A stretch of 64,000 nucleotides of DNA, taken from NCBI GenBank assembly GCA_964609585.1, contig CAZSRA010000005.1:2502-66501 (forward strand), written 5' to 3'. The notes beneath the pieces are model-generated. The model ran no database searches, was not told the origin of the DNA, and saw only the letters and a list, made by a program, of their open reading frames with translations. This document shows, piece by piece, positions 10,315 to 20,200 of the stretch. Each line of letters begins with the position of its first letter. The stretch's first letter is position 1. The DNA is from an uncultured Candidatus Saccharimonadales bacterium (GTDB lineage: Bacteria; Patescibacteriota; Saccharimonadia; UBA4664). Made by a program: the position numbers and the translations under genes.

Positions 10315-10616
10315 GATACACGGCATCGAGACATGTACGACAAGTCGAATTCGAAGACGGATCGGTAGTACTGTGGAACCTTGCGGTTCGAAGGGGGAAC
10401 AATACACTGTTGCTGCCTCGAGGGGCGGCGGCCGTCCTCTGGAATTCCCTTAAAGGAGGTGCGTCTGTCGAAGAGGCCATAGAGACTCTTCAGACTCGGT
10501 ACAGTGTCGATAGGAGTCGGCTCGAAACCGATCTTCAACCGATCATCCAAAGTCTGCTAAAAAACAAGATGCTCGTCGATCCCTCACGTGTCCAAAGATG
10601 GTGGAGATTAGCGTGA
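10311..10616 (+). CDS. Lasso peptide RRE / PqqD-like B1 protein
   Basis: DGSVVLWN...AAVLWNSL...LQTRYSVDRSRLETDLQPIIQSL; ATGA overlap with cyclase stop. Confidence 0.9.
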   Translation: MRYTASRHVRQVEFEDGSVVLWNLAVRRGNNTLLLPRGAAAVLWNSLKGGASVEEAIETLQTRYSVDRSRLETDLQPIIQSLLKNKMLVDPSRVQRWWRLA

Positions 10617-11032
10617 CTCTGTCCATGATCGAGCGCGACAATAGCTCTGCTGGGCTGTCGCTGCAAACCAAATGCCTGGGGATTATCGGCGCCATAGGGG
10701 CGCTTTTCGTTCTCCTGGCTCCCCTCCCTGTAGTCGAAGCATGGCTGAAGTGGCTTCGCAAGAAGACTAAGCCGGCCAAAGCAACTGAGACCGAAGAGCT
10801 GATCCGGGCAGTTCGGTGGGCGATGCGATTCTATCCCGGTAGGTTCGACTGCCTGCAAGTGCCACTGGGTGCTTGCATGGCCGGAGCACTAAGAGGCCGC
10901 ATGCCTACATGGTGCATCGGCGCTAAACTGAACCCTGTGGTTCAACATGCCTGGGTAGAGGCAGAGGGCCGGCCTGTCGCCGAGCCCGAGGCAGGATCCG
11001 ACTGGCCCTACAAAGCGGCAATCAGGATTTAG
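10598..11032 (+). CDS. Lasso peptide leader peptidase B2 (transglutaminase-like)
   Basis: DCLQ catalytic Cys, WCIG, QHAWVEAEGRPVAE motif; exact start uncertain. Confidence 0.92.
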   Translation: MVEISVTLSMIERDNSSAGLSLQTKCLGIIGAIGALFVLLAPLPVVEAWLKWLRKKTKPAKATETEELIRAVRWAMRFYPGRFDCLQVPLGACMAGALRGRMPTWCIGAKLNPVVQHAWVEAEGRPVAEPEAGSDWPYKAAIRI

Positions 11033-11041
11033 CCGCGATCA

Positions 11042-11107
11042 CTAGCTCTGGCTTTTAACTAATTGCTAGAGCTGGCTGGGACCTCCGGCTGCAGAGCTGG
11101 AGGTCCC
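11042..11107. terminator. Two tandem hairpins closing the lasso cluster
   Basis: CTAGCTCT...AGAGCTGG and GGGACCTCCGGCT-gcag-AGCTGGAGGTCCC between convergent genes. Confidence 0.6.
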
Positions 11108-11152
11108 GGAGCCAATTATTCATGATTTTATGATTAGTATAGGATGGAATAT

Positions 11153-12283
11153 TTATCTAATAACCGCTGCAACGGCCGCAGCGAGGCCAGGCGTGAAGGC
11201 GCCGGGAATAACTTCGCCCGGGGTTGGTGATACTACGAGCTTGGCTAAGACTTCGGCGGCAGCTATTTTATGGGCATCGGTGATGGCCGTAACGCGATGA
11301 TCGAGCGCGCCGCGGAAGATTCCGGGGAAAGCTAGAGAGTTGTTTACTTGATTAGCGAAGTCGCTGCGGCCAGTGGCTACGACGGCGGCACCGGCAGCCC
11401 TGGCGATATCGGGCATTATTTCTGGGACAGGGTTTGCCATGGCGAAAATTATAGGATTTTTGGCCATGGTCTTGATCATTTGGGCCGTGAGAACGCCGGG
11501 CTGCGAAACCCCAATAAAAATGTCTGCCCCGCGGACTGCTTCGGCCAAGGAGCCGGGGCGAGGCATGCGATTGAACGAAAGAAGAGTTTGTTTTTCGGAG
11601 CTGAGATTGGTGCGATCGTGGCTAACAATCCCCCGGCTGTCGACGGTGATAATGTCGGAGCCGGCATATAGATGAATGAGCTTGGCGATGGCGACCCCCG
11701 CGGCTCCGGCTCCGGACAGCACAATTTTGCTTTCTGAGAGCGGTCGGCCGGTGATTTTTGCGGCGTTGATGAGACCGGCTAGAACTACTACTGCGGTACC
11801 ATGTTGGTCGTCGTGCATTACGGGGATGGAGAGTCTGGCTTTTAGCCGTTCTTCGACTTCGAAACAAAGGGGCGCTGCGATGTCTTCGAGATTGATGCCG
11901 CCAAAACTGGGCGCAATGGCGGTAACCGCAGCCACGATTTCGTCGGCAGTATGGACGTCTAACACAATTGGCACGGCGTCGATGCCAGCAAAATGCTTAA
12001 ACAGCATGGCCTTGCCCTCCATCACGGGGAGCGCACCGAGAGGGCCGATGTTGCCGAGGCCGAGCACGGCTGAGCCATCGCTAACGACGGCCACATTGTT
12101 GCCGGTCCAGGTGTAGTCGCCGGCCTTTGAAGGATGGTTTGCAACATAGGTGCTGACGGCCGCAACGCCAGGGGTGTAATAAAGACTGAGTTTTTCGCGA
12201 GTATCAGGGGTGTCCTTGAGGCGGATTTCGATTTTGCCTTTGAGCTTTTTGTGCTGGGTAAGTGATTTTTTGCTGTAATCCAT
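11153..12283 (-). CDS. NAD(P)-dependent malic enzyme
   Basis: YYTPGVA, DGSAVLGLGNIG, INLEDIAAP, HDDQHGTA, GAGAAG, NQVNNSLAFPGIFRG; start ATG 12283. Confidence 0.95.
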   Translation of the reverse strand: MDYSKKSLTQHKKLKGKIEIRLKDTPDTREKLSLYYTPGVAAVSTYVANHPSKAGDYTWTGNNVAVVSDGSAVLGLGNIGPLGALPVMEGKAMLFKHFAGIDAVPIVLDVHTADEIVAAVTAIAPSFGGINLEDIAAPLCFEVEERLKARLSIPVMHDDQHGTAVVVLAGLINAAKITGRPLSESKIVLSGAGAAGVAIAKLIHLYAGSDIITVDSRGIVSHDRTNLSSEKQTLLSFNRMPRPGSLAEAVRGADIFIGVSQPGVLTAQMIKTMAKNPIIFAMANPVPEIMPDIARAAGAAVVATGRSDFANQVNNSLAFPGIFRGALDHRVTAITDAHKIAAAEVLAKLVVSPTPGEVIPGAFTPGLAAAVAAVIR

Positions 12284-12375
12284 GCAGATATTGTAGCGCA
12301 TGTCGATGTGCGAGCGGCCGCAATTCAATTTAACTTATGTATAATAATAGTTAGTTTAGCTTTTGAGGATGAAGT

Positions 12376-12753
12376 GTGAAGCAGTATCAAATTCTCTTAG
12401 TGGAAGACGAGAAGCCATTGGCTCAATCGTTAAAAATCAAGCTTGAACAAGCCGGGTTTACGGTAGTGCTAGCCCATAACGGTCATGAGGGTTTAGGGTT
12501 TATGGATCAGCGAACCTTCGACCTTATTCTTCTTGATTTGGTGATGCCGGTGATGGACGGGTTTGAAATGCTTGAAGAGCTTAAACGGCGAAAAAATAAA
12601 ATACCAGTTATTGTTACCACCAACCTCAGTCAGGGCAAAGATCTCCAGCGAGCCAAGAGTCTTGGAGCTACCGATTATACCGTGAAAGTAGATACTCCAT
12701 TGAGGGTGATTGTTGAACGAATTAGAGAAGAGCTGGCTGCTGGGGGCGAGTAA
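12376..12753 (+). CDS. Single-domain response regulator (receiver)
   Basis: LVEDE, LLDLVMPVMDG, GATDYTVK. Confidence 0.92.
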   Translation: MKQYQILLVEDEKPLAQSLKIKLEQAGFTVVLAHNGHEGLGFMDQRTFDLILLDLVMPVMDGFEMLEELKRRKNKIPVIVTTNLSQGKDLQRAKSLGATDYTVKVDTPLRVIVERIREELAAGGE

Positions 12754-12768
12754 CTAATTAGGAGTATT

Positions 12769-13440
12769 ATGCAAGCAACTCAGATTACAAAAGATACATG
12801 GCAGCAAAAATGGCTTACTCGAGGCTTTATTTGCATGGTATTGCTTGTGGTTTTTTTCGTTGGACAAGGGGTCGCACAGCTTGCGACTACCGGCTCATAT
12901 AGTGCAAAAGATCAGTCTATTAGTGCGCTGGGTATTACAGCGTGTGGTAATTATCAAGAGCCTCAGACAAAGCAGTGGTTTTACCTTTGCTCTCCTCTGC
13001 ATATTGTTATGGACGGAACATTCGTAGCATGCGGCATTCTCATAATGCTTGCGACGATGCTCGCTATTGGGCCGCTTTGGCCTGGGCGTAAGTTGCGGAA
13101 GGCGGGTTTGGTTTTGCTATTTTTTGGAGGGATTGAGGAGGTTGTTGCAGGGTTTTCGCCGCTCAATTTAGCTCCTTTTTTGCATAGCCTATCGGGCGGG
13201 CTTGCAATTACGGCCCTCAACCTTGGCCTGATTCTACTTGGCTTTGCGGGGCTTAAGAAGCAGCCTGGATTGGGGTGGTTTGCGCTTGCGAGCGGGGCTA
13301 TTGGCGTATTTGGCCTGATGATGAGCGGCACGCCGCCTTACGTTGGGCTTGGATATGGGGGATGGGAGCGGGTCGCCGGATTTGCTTTTGTGATATGGAG
13401 CGTTGCGATGGGGACTTATTGGTTGCTAAGGCAGCGATGA
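12769..13440 (+). CDS. DUF998-like membrane protein
   Basis: YSAKDQSISALG, SPLHIVMDGTF, GGWERVA; 6 hydrophobic segments. Confidence 0.75.
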   Translation: MQATQITKDTWQQKWLTRGFICMVLLVVFFVGQGVAQLATTGSYSAKDQSISALGITACGNYQEPQTKQWFYLCSPLHIVMDGTFVACGILIMLATMLAIGPLWPGRKLRKAGLVLLFFGGIEEVVAGFSPLNLAPFLHSLSGGLAITALNLGLILLGFAGLKKQPGLGWFALASGAIGVFGLMMSGTPPYVGLGYGGWERVAGFAFVIWSVAMGTYWLLRQR

Positions 13441-13511
13441 GCCAAATTACGACGCGGGTAGGGATGATGTAATATATGGAGTTTGAACTACGATGATCCT
13501 GCCGCTCTATG

Positions 13512-15698
13512 TCATTTGGATGCCGTAGGTGCCTCGGGTGCAAGCAGCACTACGGGTTTGGCGGAGGTTGAAGTGCTCTCGCCACTAATTTGATCCGCGC
13601 TAATTTCCTGAGCCGTCGCTACCTTGAGCGCAAAGGCAAACGTAGTCCCCTTACCCAACTCAGACGAAACGAACCGCACATTTCCGCCCATACCTTTGGC
13701 GATTAATTTGGCAATGTATAATCCGAGACCGGTTCCTTTGGCGGTATCACGCGTCAAAATACTATCTGCGGCCTGTTGGAACTTCTGGAACAAGAGTTTT
13801 TGATTTTCGGGGCTGATGCCGCGACCGGTGTCGGCTACGAAAGTTTCAATGAGATCGTCGGTCCGTTTAAAACTAATGGTAATTCCGCCCTTATCGGTAG
13901 ATTTAAGCGAATTACTTAAGAGGTTGCCAAAGATTTGTTTAATCCGGTCTACATCGCCGCTGACGAGCGGGAGGGGTTCGCTTGGTTTTTGGACTGTTAG
14001 CGTTAGGCCGTGCAGGATGCCGGCTCGTTCTTGCTCGCCAACTACCTCTAGCGCTAGCATTACGATGTCGATGGGGTGGCTAGCATACTTTACCTTCCCG
14101 AGCTCTAGGCTCGACATGTCTAGGAAGTCGTTTACGATGGCGATCAAGCGTTTACTAGAGTAGTCGATGTCGTCCATCATTTGGCGCAGGTCGGGGTCTT
14201 CAAGCACTTTTGTGTACATGGTTTTAACGAGAGAAACATTGCCCATGATGGCGGTGAGCGGGGTGCGCAGTTCATGAGAGGCGATGGAGAAGAATTCGTC
14301 GCGTGAACGCTGCAGCATTTTTTGCTCGGTTTCGTCGGAGATAAGGACTACGACTCCAATTGCTTGGCCGTCGATGCTGACGGGGGAGAAAAATAAAGTA
14401 TAGAATTTATCGCCGAATGCGATTTCGCGGGCTTCGGATGAAGTTTGATTTTTAAAACACTCTTGGACTTTGTCGCCCACATTGAGCCCTTGGGCCTTCG
14501 AAAATATTGATGTGAGATTGGCACTGGCCTCGGGCAACGAGGGGTCTATACCCAAGAGTCGGCGGGCGGCGCCGTTTAGAGTGATTATATTGTTATTTCG
14601 ATCGGTCATTATAAAGCCTTGGGTTAGGCTCAGGACCGAAGCAATGAGGCGCGTCCTGGACTCTAGGAGGCTGCTGGTCATTTCATTGAAGGCTGTGCCC
14701 AGGACTCCGATTTCGTCGTTTGACTCCACGCGGACTCGCTGCTTCAGGTCGCCGCCTTGGATTTGTTTTACGACCTGGGTGAAACGCAAGATAGGGTTAG
14801 TGATAAACCTTGACAGATATAGAGCCGCAAAGCTTGCTAAGATCGTGGCTAGAACGAGCACTTCGATCAGGGTGTTGCGCATTTTAATGAGCGGGGCGTC
14901 CACTTCGGCGGTATCAATTTTTACCACGAGCGTCCAGTCGGTTGCGGGGATATCTTTTGTGCTTTGGATGATGCTGTGACCGCGATAATCGGTAGCGTAG
15001 CCAGGCGAATTGGGGCTCGCGGTCAGAGCGGCTCCCAGATTGAAGCGCAAGGGAGTGAGGTATTGAAAAGCGCTGGTGGAACCGCGTCTCAGGAGATAAG
15101 ATTCACCCGTAACGCCAAGCTCAGAATAATCTTTGGTGACATTTAAATATGCAGCTGAGGTGGCTTCTACGATCACCACTCCCAGCGCTTGCCCTCCCCA
15201 TGAAAGCGGCGCAGCTAGGTACTGATCGAGATTACCGGCGGCGTTCTTAAAAAAGATGTTGCTGCTGGGCGCCTTGAGGCCGGCCGAAAGAACCTCTGTA
15301 TTGCCGTAATTTTGTCCTATGGCCGCGCGGTCGGTGGACGCCACAACAAGACCCGAAAGGTTAACGACGTGAATCCGGTGAAATGTGTCTTGGGCAGCCA
15401 GGATGTCGCTGAGCGATTGACTCAGGCTCGCCTGGAGCCTTGGGCTTGGAGCTTGCTCATATTGTTGGAGCAAGATGCGCAGTTGAGCTTTGTTTTGGAC
15501 AGTATTGAGCTCGGCCATGTTTTGGTCGTTTATAGTTTCAATACGGCTCAGCTGATGCTGAGCCGTATTGTTTATACGAACTTGAATCTGATCTTGCAAA
15601 GCACTCTCGCTTGTCCTGAAGGTGATCAAACCAGCACCAATGAGCGGCAGTAATGATACGCCTAGGATAATGAGGAGGAGCTTGGCAAAAATCTTCAT
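13512..15698 (-). CDS. Sensor histidine kinase (TM-Cache-TM-HAMP-PAS-HisKA-HATPase)
   Basis: DEIGVLGTAFNEM, SHELRTPLT, NLLSNSLK, DTGRGI, GTGLGL. Confidence 0.95.
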   Translation of the reverse strand: MKIFAKLLLIILGVSLLPLIGAGLITFRTSESALQDQIQVRINNTAQHQLSRIETINDQNMAELNTVQNKAQLRILLQQYEQAPSPRLQASLSQSLSDILAAQDTFHRIHVVNLSGLVVASTDRAAIGQNYGNTEVLSAGLKAPSSNIFFKNAAGNLDQYLAAPLSWGGQALGVVIVEATSAAYLNVTKDYSELGVTGESYLLRRGSTSAFQYLTPLRFNLGAALTASPNSPGYATDYRGHSIIQSTKDIPATDWTLVVKIDTAEVDAPLIKMRNTLIEVLVLATILASFAALYLSRFITNPILRFTQVVKQIQGGDLKQRVRVESNDEIGVLGTAFNEMTSSLLESRTRLIASVLSLTQGFIMTDRNNNIITLNGAARRLLGIDPSLPEASANLTSIFSKAQGLNVGDKVQECFKNQTSSEAREIAFGDKFYTLFFSPVSIDGQAIGVVVLISDETEQKMLQRSRDEFFSIASHELRTPLTAIMGNVSLVKTMYTKVLEDPDLRQMMDDIDYSSKRLIAIVNDFLDMSSLELGKVKYASHPIDIVMLALEVVGEQERAGILHGLTLTVQKPSEPLPLVSGDVDRIKQIFGNLLSNSLKSTDKGGITISFKRTDDLIETFVADTGRGISPENQKLLFQKFQQAADSILTRDTAKGTGLGLYIAKLIAKGMGGNVRFVSSELGKGTTFAFALKVATAQEISADQISGESTSTSAKPVVLLAPEAPTASK

Positions 15699-15713
15699 TG
15701 AAGAATGGTACTG

Positions 15714-16907
15714 CTACTGGCTGGTGAGAACAAATTTACCGCCCTGAATGGTGTAGACATTGTATCCGCCACCAGCCAAGTCGCCGTTGGCATCAAACTT
15801 GATTTCGCCGGAGGCGCCTTGGAAATCGACTGCGGGCAAGGCCTTGCGGATTTCGTCACCGGTATTTGCGCCAGCTTTAATTACTCGAGCTAGAGCCATA
15901 AAGGCGTCGTAAGCTTGTGCTCCGGTGGCATTGGCTGGCTCGGAACCGTAAGCGGCCTTGTATTCATCGAGGAATGATTGGTTGCCCGGGGTAACTCCAA
16001 CGACGGTCATGCCCTCACCGGCTGCGCCAACATCGGTTATGAAGTTGACATCCTTAAGGGCGTCGGAGCCGTATACGGGGATGTTCGAGCCGAGCTGCTT
16101 GGCCTCGACCATGATGGCGGCACTGGCGGACTCATCTTCACTCACGATGTAGAGGGCGTCGGGTTTGGCTGCAAGTATTGTTTGGAGTTGGGTCTTAAAT
16201 TCGGTATCGGTGCTTTTGAAGGAGGTGTTGGAGGTTACCATTCCGCCAAGCTTCTTAAAGGCGTCTTGAGCGACTGCATCGAGCCCAGTACCATAGGCCT
16301 CCTGTCCGTACATGATGGCCAGTTTTTTCACCCCTTTGCCATACATTAGCTTGGTGACGAATACGCCTTGATGGCTGTCCGTGGGATAGGTGCGGAAGAA
16401 GAAGTCGTTGGGGATACTAAGCGCCGGGCTGCTAGCCGAGGGGCTTAAAAGCAATACCTGCTTTTGGTTGGCGATGGGCAGTGCGGCTAAAGTTGAGCCC
16501 GAGCAGGTATCGCCGATGATGGCAACTGCCCCTAATTTGGCCAATTCTTTGGTGGCATCGGCCGCTTTCGTGGCATCACACACGGTGTCGCGAACGTAAA
16601 CTTGGAATGTTAGGCCGTCTTCATTAAAGTCGTGCTGGGCTAACTCAACACCGTGTTGAAATACCTGGCCATAATTGGCTAAGTCGCCGGTGAGGGGAGC
16701 CATGAGGCCAAGCTTGATCGTACGGTTGGTGACCGGGGCTTTGGTTGCTGGCTTCGTAAGTAAATAGCCTCCCAGACCGGCTAGGCCGGCTAGTATTACC
16801 CCTCCAATTACCAGTCCTGTGATGTTGCGTTTTTGTGCTGGGCCGCTGGACGACCCAGGACTATTTGTATCTGTACCGTTTGGTTCAGACTGCATTTCAT
16901 TTGCCAC
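15714..16907 (-). CDS. LivK/LivJ-type (branched-chain amino acid) substrate-binding protein, membrane anchored
   Basis: IKLGLMAPLTG, GDTCSGST, FFRTYPTD, AQAYDA, FQGASGEIKFDANGD. Confidence 0.9.
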   Translation of the reverse strand: MANEMQSEPNGTDTNSPGSSSGPAQKRNITGLVIGGVILAGLAGLGGYLLTKPATKAPVTNRTIKLGLMAPLTGDLANYGQVFQHGVELAQHDFNEDGLTFQVYVRDTVCDATKAADATKELAKLGAVAIIGDTCSGSTLAALPIANQKQVLLLSPSASSPALSIPNDFFFRTYPTDSHQGVFVTKLMYGKGVKKLAIMYGQEAYGTGLDAVAQDAFKKLGGMVTSNTSFKSTDTEFKTQLQTILAAKPDALYIVSEDESASAAIMVEAKQLGSNIPVYGSDALKDVNFITDVGAAGEGMTVVGVTPGNQSFLDEYKAAYGSEPANATGAQAYDAFMALARVIKAGANTGDEIRKALPAVDFQGASGEIKFDANGDLAGGGYNVYTIQGGKFVLTSQ

Positions 16908-17004
16908 ATTTGTGCCTTTTTACTGACTGTATAGTACTTATGCTTGCCGATAAGTACAATAGGCGAAAAGAGCAACCTTGAGGTCATGCTCATTGGGGAC
17001 ATAC

Positions 17005-17031
17005 AAAAAGCCCCTGTGGATGGGGCTTTTT
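17005..17031. terminator. Intrinsic terminator (bidirectional form)
   Basis: AAAAAGCCCC-tgtggat-GGGGCTTTTT. Confidence 0.85.
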
Positions 17032-17225
17032 GGAGTAACTTGTCCCGGCAGTATAGCGAGACCAATACTTATCCAGCTTTGTTCGGCGCACTTGCGTCCG
17101 ACGATGGTCATCATCAGCGAACTTCGTCAGATGAAGACTTAAAAGACAACTCCTAAGTCTAAGGGCGACATATGCAGATGCACATGTCGCCCGTCGAGTG
17201 CCCTCAATGAGGCACGGATGCGTTA
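17005..17225 (-). ncRNA. Candidate structured ncRNA of unknown class
   Basis: Series of consecutive hairpins ending in a terminator, no credible ORF; strand inferred. Confidence 0.4.
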
Positions 17226-17282
17226 TTTAGTTTTTCATTATTCGAGGATTGCCTCCAGTTCAAGATTGTCGGCGGCGCCGGC

Positions 17283-20200
17283 TCAGGGTGCAGAACTCAC
17301 ACGCCAGAGTGTTACTTGTCCCTCGAAGCCGACCGCCGTCTCGACCTTAGTGGATCGAGCCAGGAGGGCCTGAGTCGGGGCGTCCAAGCTGCTCAGGCTG
17401 TTCGTGTCACTGGTGTAGGTCATAATCCAGCGCACTTTGCCCGCGCACTGAGTTGTCTGCCACTGGATGTCGCACCACGGCTGAGAAATCTCGTTGCCGA
17501 TAGTGACTTCCGTCAGGACGACGTCCTGGGTCGGCACATACTCCTGCGCCAGTGTGGCTGCGACGCCGATAGCGTTGTCCTTGTGATCGACGATTCGCCA
17601 CCAAAAGCCACCGAGGTTGAGTGCTCCGATGAGAACGACCGCGACCATCGGGACCAGTCTCCGCCTGGCAGTAGTGCCGCGAAGCCAGCCGGTAACTTCC
17701 GCCGCCAGGTAGACATACAGGGGCACGAGCACGAGCTCGAAGTAGCTCGGGTAGCGGAGCTTGATCGCCCCGAACCCAATCACGGCGGCCGTGGCCCAGG
17801 CAAACAGCACCTGGTTATCTCTGACGGGCTGGAAGCTGCGTCTCATCAGACACTGCACCCAGCGGACCGCCATCACCGTGACACCGGAGGTCGCGACCAG
17901 GATCGAACCCACGAAGATCCGGTATTGATCGAACAACGGGCCGATGAGTTGGCCTGTGCTGTTAATAGAGCCACGACGAGCACCGGTTGCATTCCCGAAG
18001 GTCCGCTGCACCTGCTGCCCCATCTCCCCCCAGAACTGGCCGTACGCCGGGTTGAGCAGGGTCATGACCAGCAGATACCCCGTCACGATCGTAAGAGCGG
18101 TGGCGAAGAACTGGATGTGGTGGCGGTGGTACTTCCGGAAAATGAGCCAGCTTATTGCTGCCGCCAGCAGAACATAGGCGTCGGTGTGTTTGAACACCAC
18201 CGCCATACCCGCGGCAGCTCCGGCCAGAATGAACTGACCAGGAGTTGGGCGCTGTACTGCACGCCAGTAGAGCCACATGGCGGCGGTCACAAACACGATG
18301 GCAGTGTTCTCCATCCACCCGATGCGGTTGGCGTAGATCATCCAGCTATCGGTAGCGAGAAGCCCCGCGGTCACAAGCGCCGGCCTTGAGCCGATCGCTC
18401 GCCGCATGAAAGCCCAGAGCAGCAGGAGGGCCACCAGCGAGGTCGCCGCAGCAAGCCACCTGGCGGCGGCGATACCGGTTTGACCGACCAACTTGTCCCA
18501 CCCGGCCAGCTCCCAGAAGTAGAACGGAGGCTGGTAGAAGAAGGTTGAGACATGGTCGGCATAGTCGGGCCGACTCGCGAGGCGTCCTCCAGAGAGGAGG
18601 TTCCGTGCGATGGCCGAGTAGGCCGTCTCGTCCCAGATGAATCCGGGCCGGTTGTTGATGTTCCAGAAGCGCAAGAGCGCGGCGATGCCGAGGACTCCGA
18701 TGAGGGAAATCGACTCTCGACTCGCGAACTTACGACGCTTCCTTTTCGCACTTGATGGAGATGACATCATCCCTTCCTTTCCGGGTAGACTTGACGTCCC
18801 CCGCTTGATGTGGAGTCCGTGGAAGATCCCGAGGGTGAAAATCGACCCCAGAAACAGGGTAAGGAACGGGTAGAAGAACGCCTCCGGGCGCTTATTCTTC
18901 CGCACCTCAACTGATCCGAGGACTATAGCCGCCCCACTTGCCGCTCCTCCACCGACCAGGTCGGCTGAGGAGCCCAGTGCCGTCACGATGACAGCGATAG
19001 CCACCATCGATGCAGCCGAAGCCAGCACCAAAAGCGACTGCCGGGAGCGTCGCCTTGCGAACATGCTGTCGCGGTGTCGAACGATAAAGTCCGAACAACC
19101 TTGACCACCCCTCATGTACTCGCGGACAACGCCACGGAACCCCTTCCCGTGATCGTGGCCGCAAGTTAGAGCAGGAGCGAACCTGATACCGAACCCCTCC
19201 TTCGCGATCCGATAGAACCACTCGTAGTCCTCGTAGGATCGCTTCATGGAGACATCGGGGCCACCCACCGCCTCGAACACCGCGCGCGTGATGAACGCGT
19301 TGGCCGTCGTCGGAGGCTTGCAGCCGCGTCCGCCGAACGTGCTTGCGTCGAGCGTATACGGCTTGGGTACCCTGAGGGTCTTGGCGCCGAACACGTTGTG
19401 ATCCATGTACCGGCACCAGAAATCGCTGCCGAGCGAGTAAACGCCCCCGCCGACGCACTGCCACTCGCCGCTCAGCATCTCGCTGACGCCAGTGGCAATC
19501 CAATCTTGGGGCGGGATCGTGTCGCTGTCGGTTAGCGCGAAGATCTCACCCTTCGCGTTACTCAGTCCGGTGGTTCGTTTGACGTTGGCGTCACGCCCGG
19601 GGCCTGACGCATCCACCTCGAGGGTTCGGATGCGCGGGTCACTCTGGAGATCGCCGAGAGCTTCCCACGTCGGGTCGTTTATATCCCCGACAAGGATGAC
19701 TTCAGTCCTCCCGCCGTACTCTTGGTTCAGCAACGAGCTAACAGTCGCACGGATAGTGCGGCCGCTGCCCAAGCTGCCCTTTACTGGAATGACCACGCTC
19801 ACAAACGGCAGCGTGTGGATCGTCCCTCCATCTTGAGGATCCTGATTGTTGGTCACGTCGGACGTATCCGGACGACTCTCTTCGGGACCCATCGCCGATA
19901 GCCGAGCCGGGAAGGCCCAGAAGTGGCAGACGACGTAGTTGATCGCGGTGAAGATGGCGGTCGTTGCGAGCGCTGCCACAAGGTACTCCATGCCCAGCTT
20001 GATCAGGACGAAGTAAATCGCCTGGTTAACCGGAATGGTGACCACTCTCATGAGGTGGAATCGCCAAAAACTGACCCGGAAGCGGCTCTGCCGCTTCCTC
20101 CAGGTGAGCCTCCAGTTCAGGAAGAAGCTCGTCTCGATCGAGAGGAACCCCTGCAGAAAGAAGGCCGCCTGCTGTCCGAGATGGAGCCAGTGGACCTCAA

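Noticed and set aside
12376-12753. Response regulator ends in GGE like Pup
   Set aside because: It is a folded receiver domain without the Pup helical recognition region and lies 30 kb from the pafA-like gene; probably chance
17080-17125. CTGATGA on the minus strand flanked by GTTCG/CGAAC, suggesting a hammerhead ribozyme
   Set aside because: The required GAAA after stem II and the UH cleavage site are absent
17316-18389. Long antisense or alternate-frame ORFs (also 24670..25524, 38769..39794, 46084..46926, 48063..48971)
   Set aside because: Shadow ORFs of GC-rich genes with no motifs or start signals
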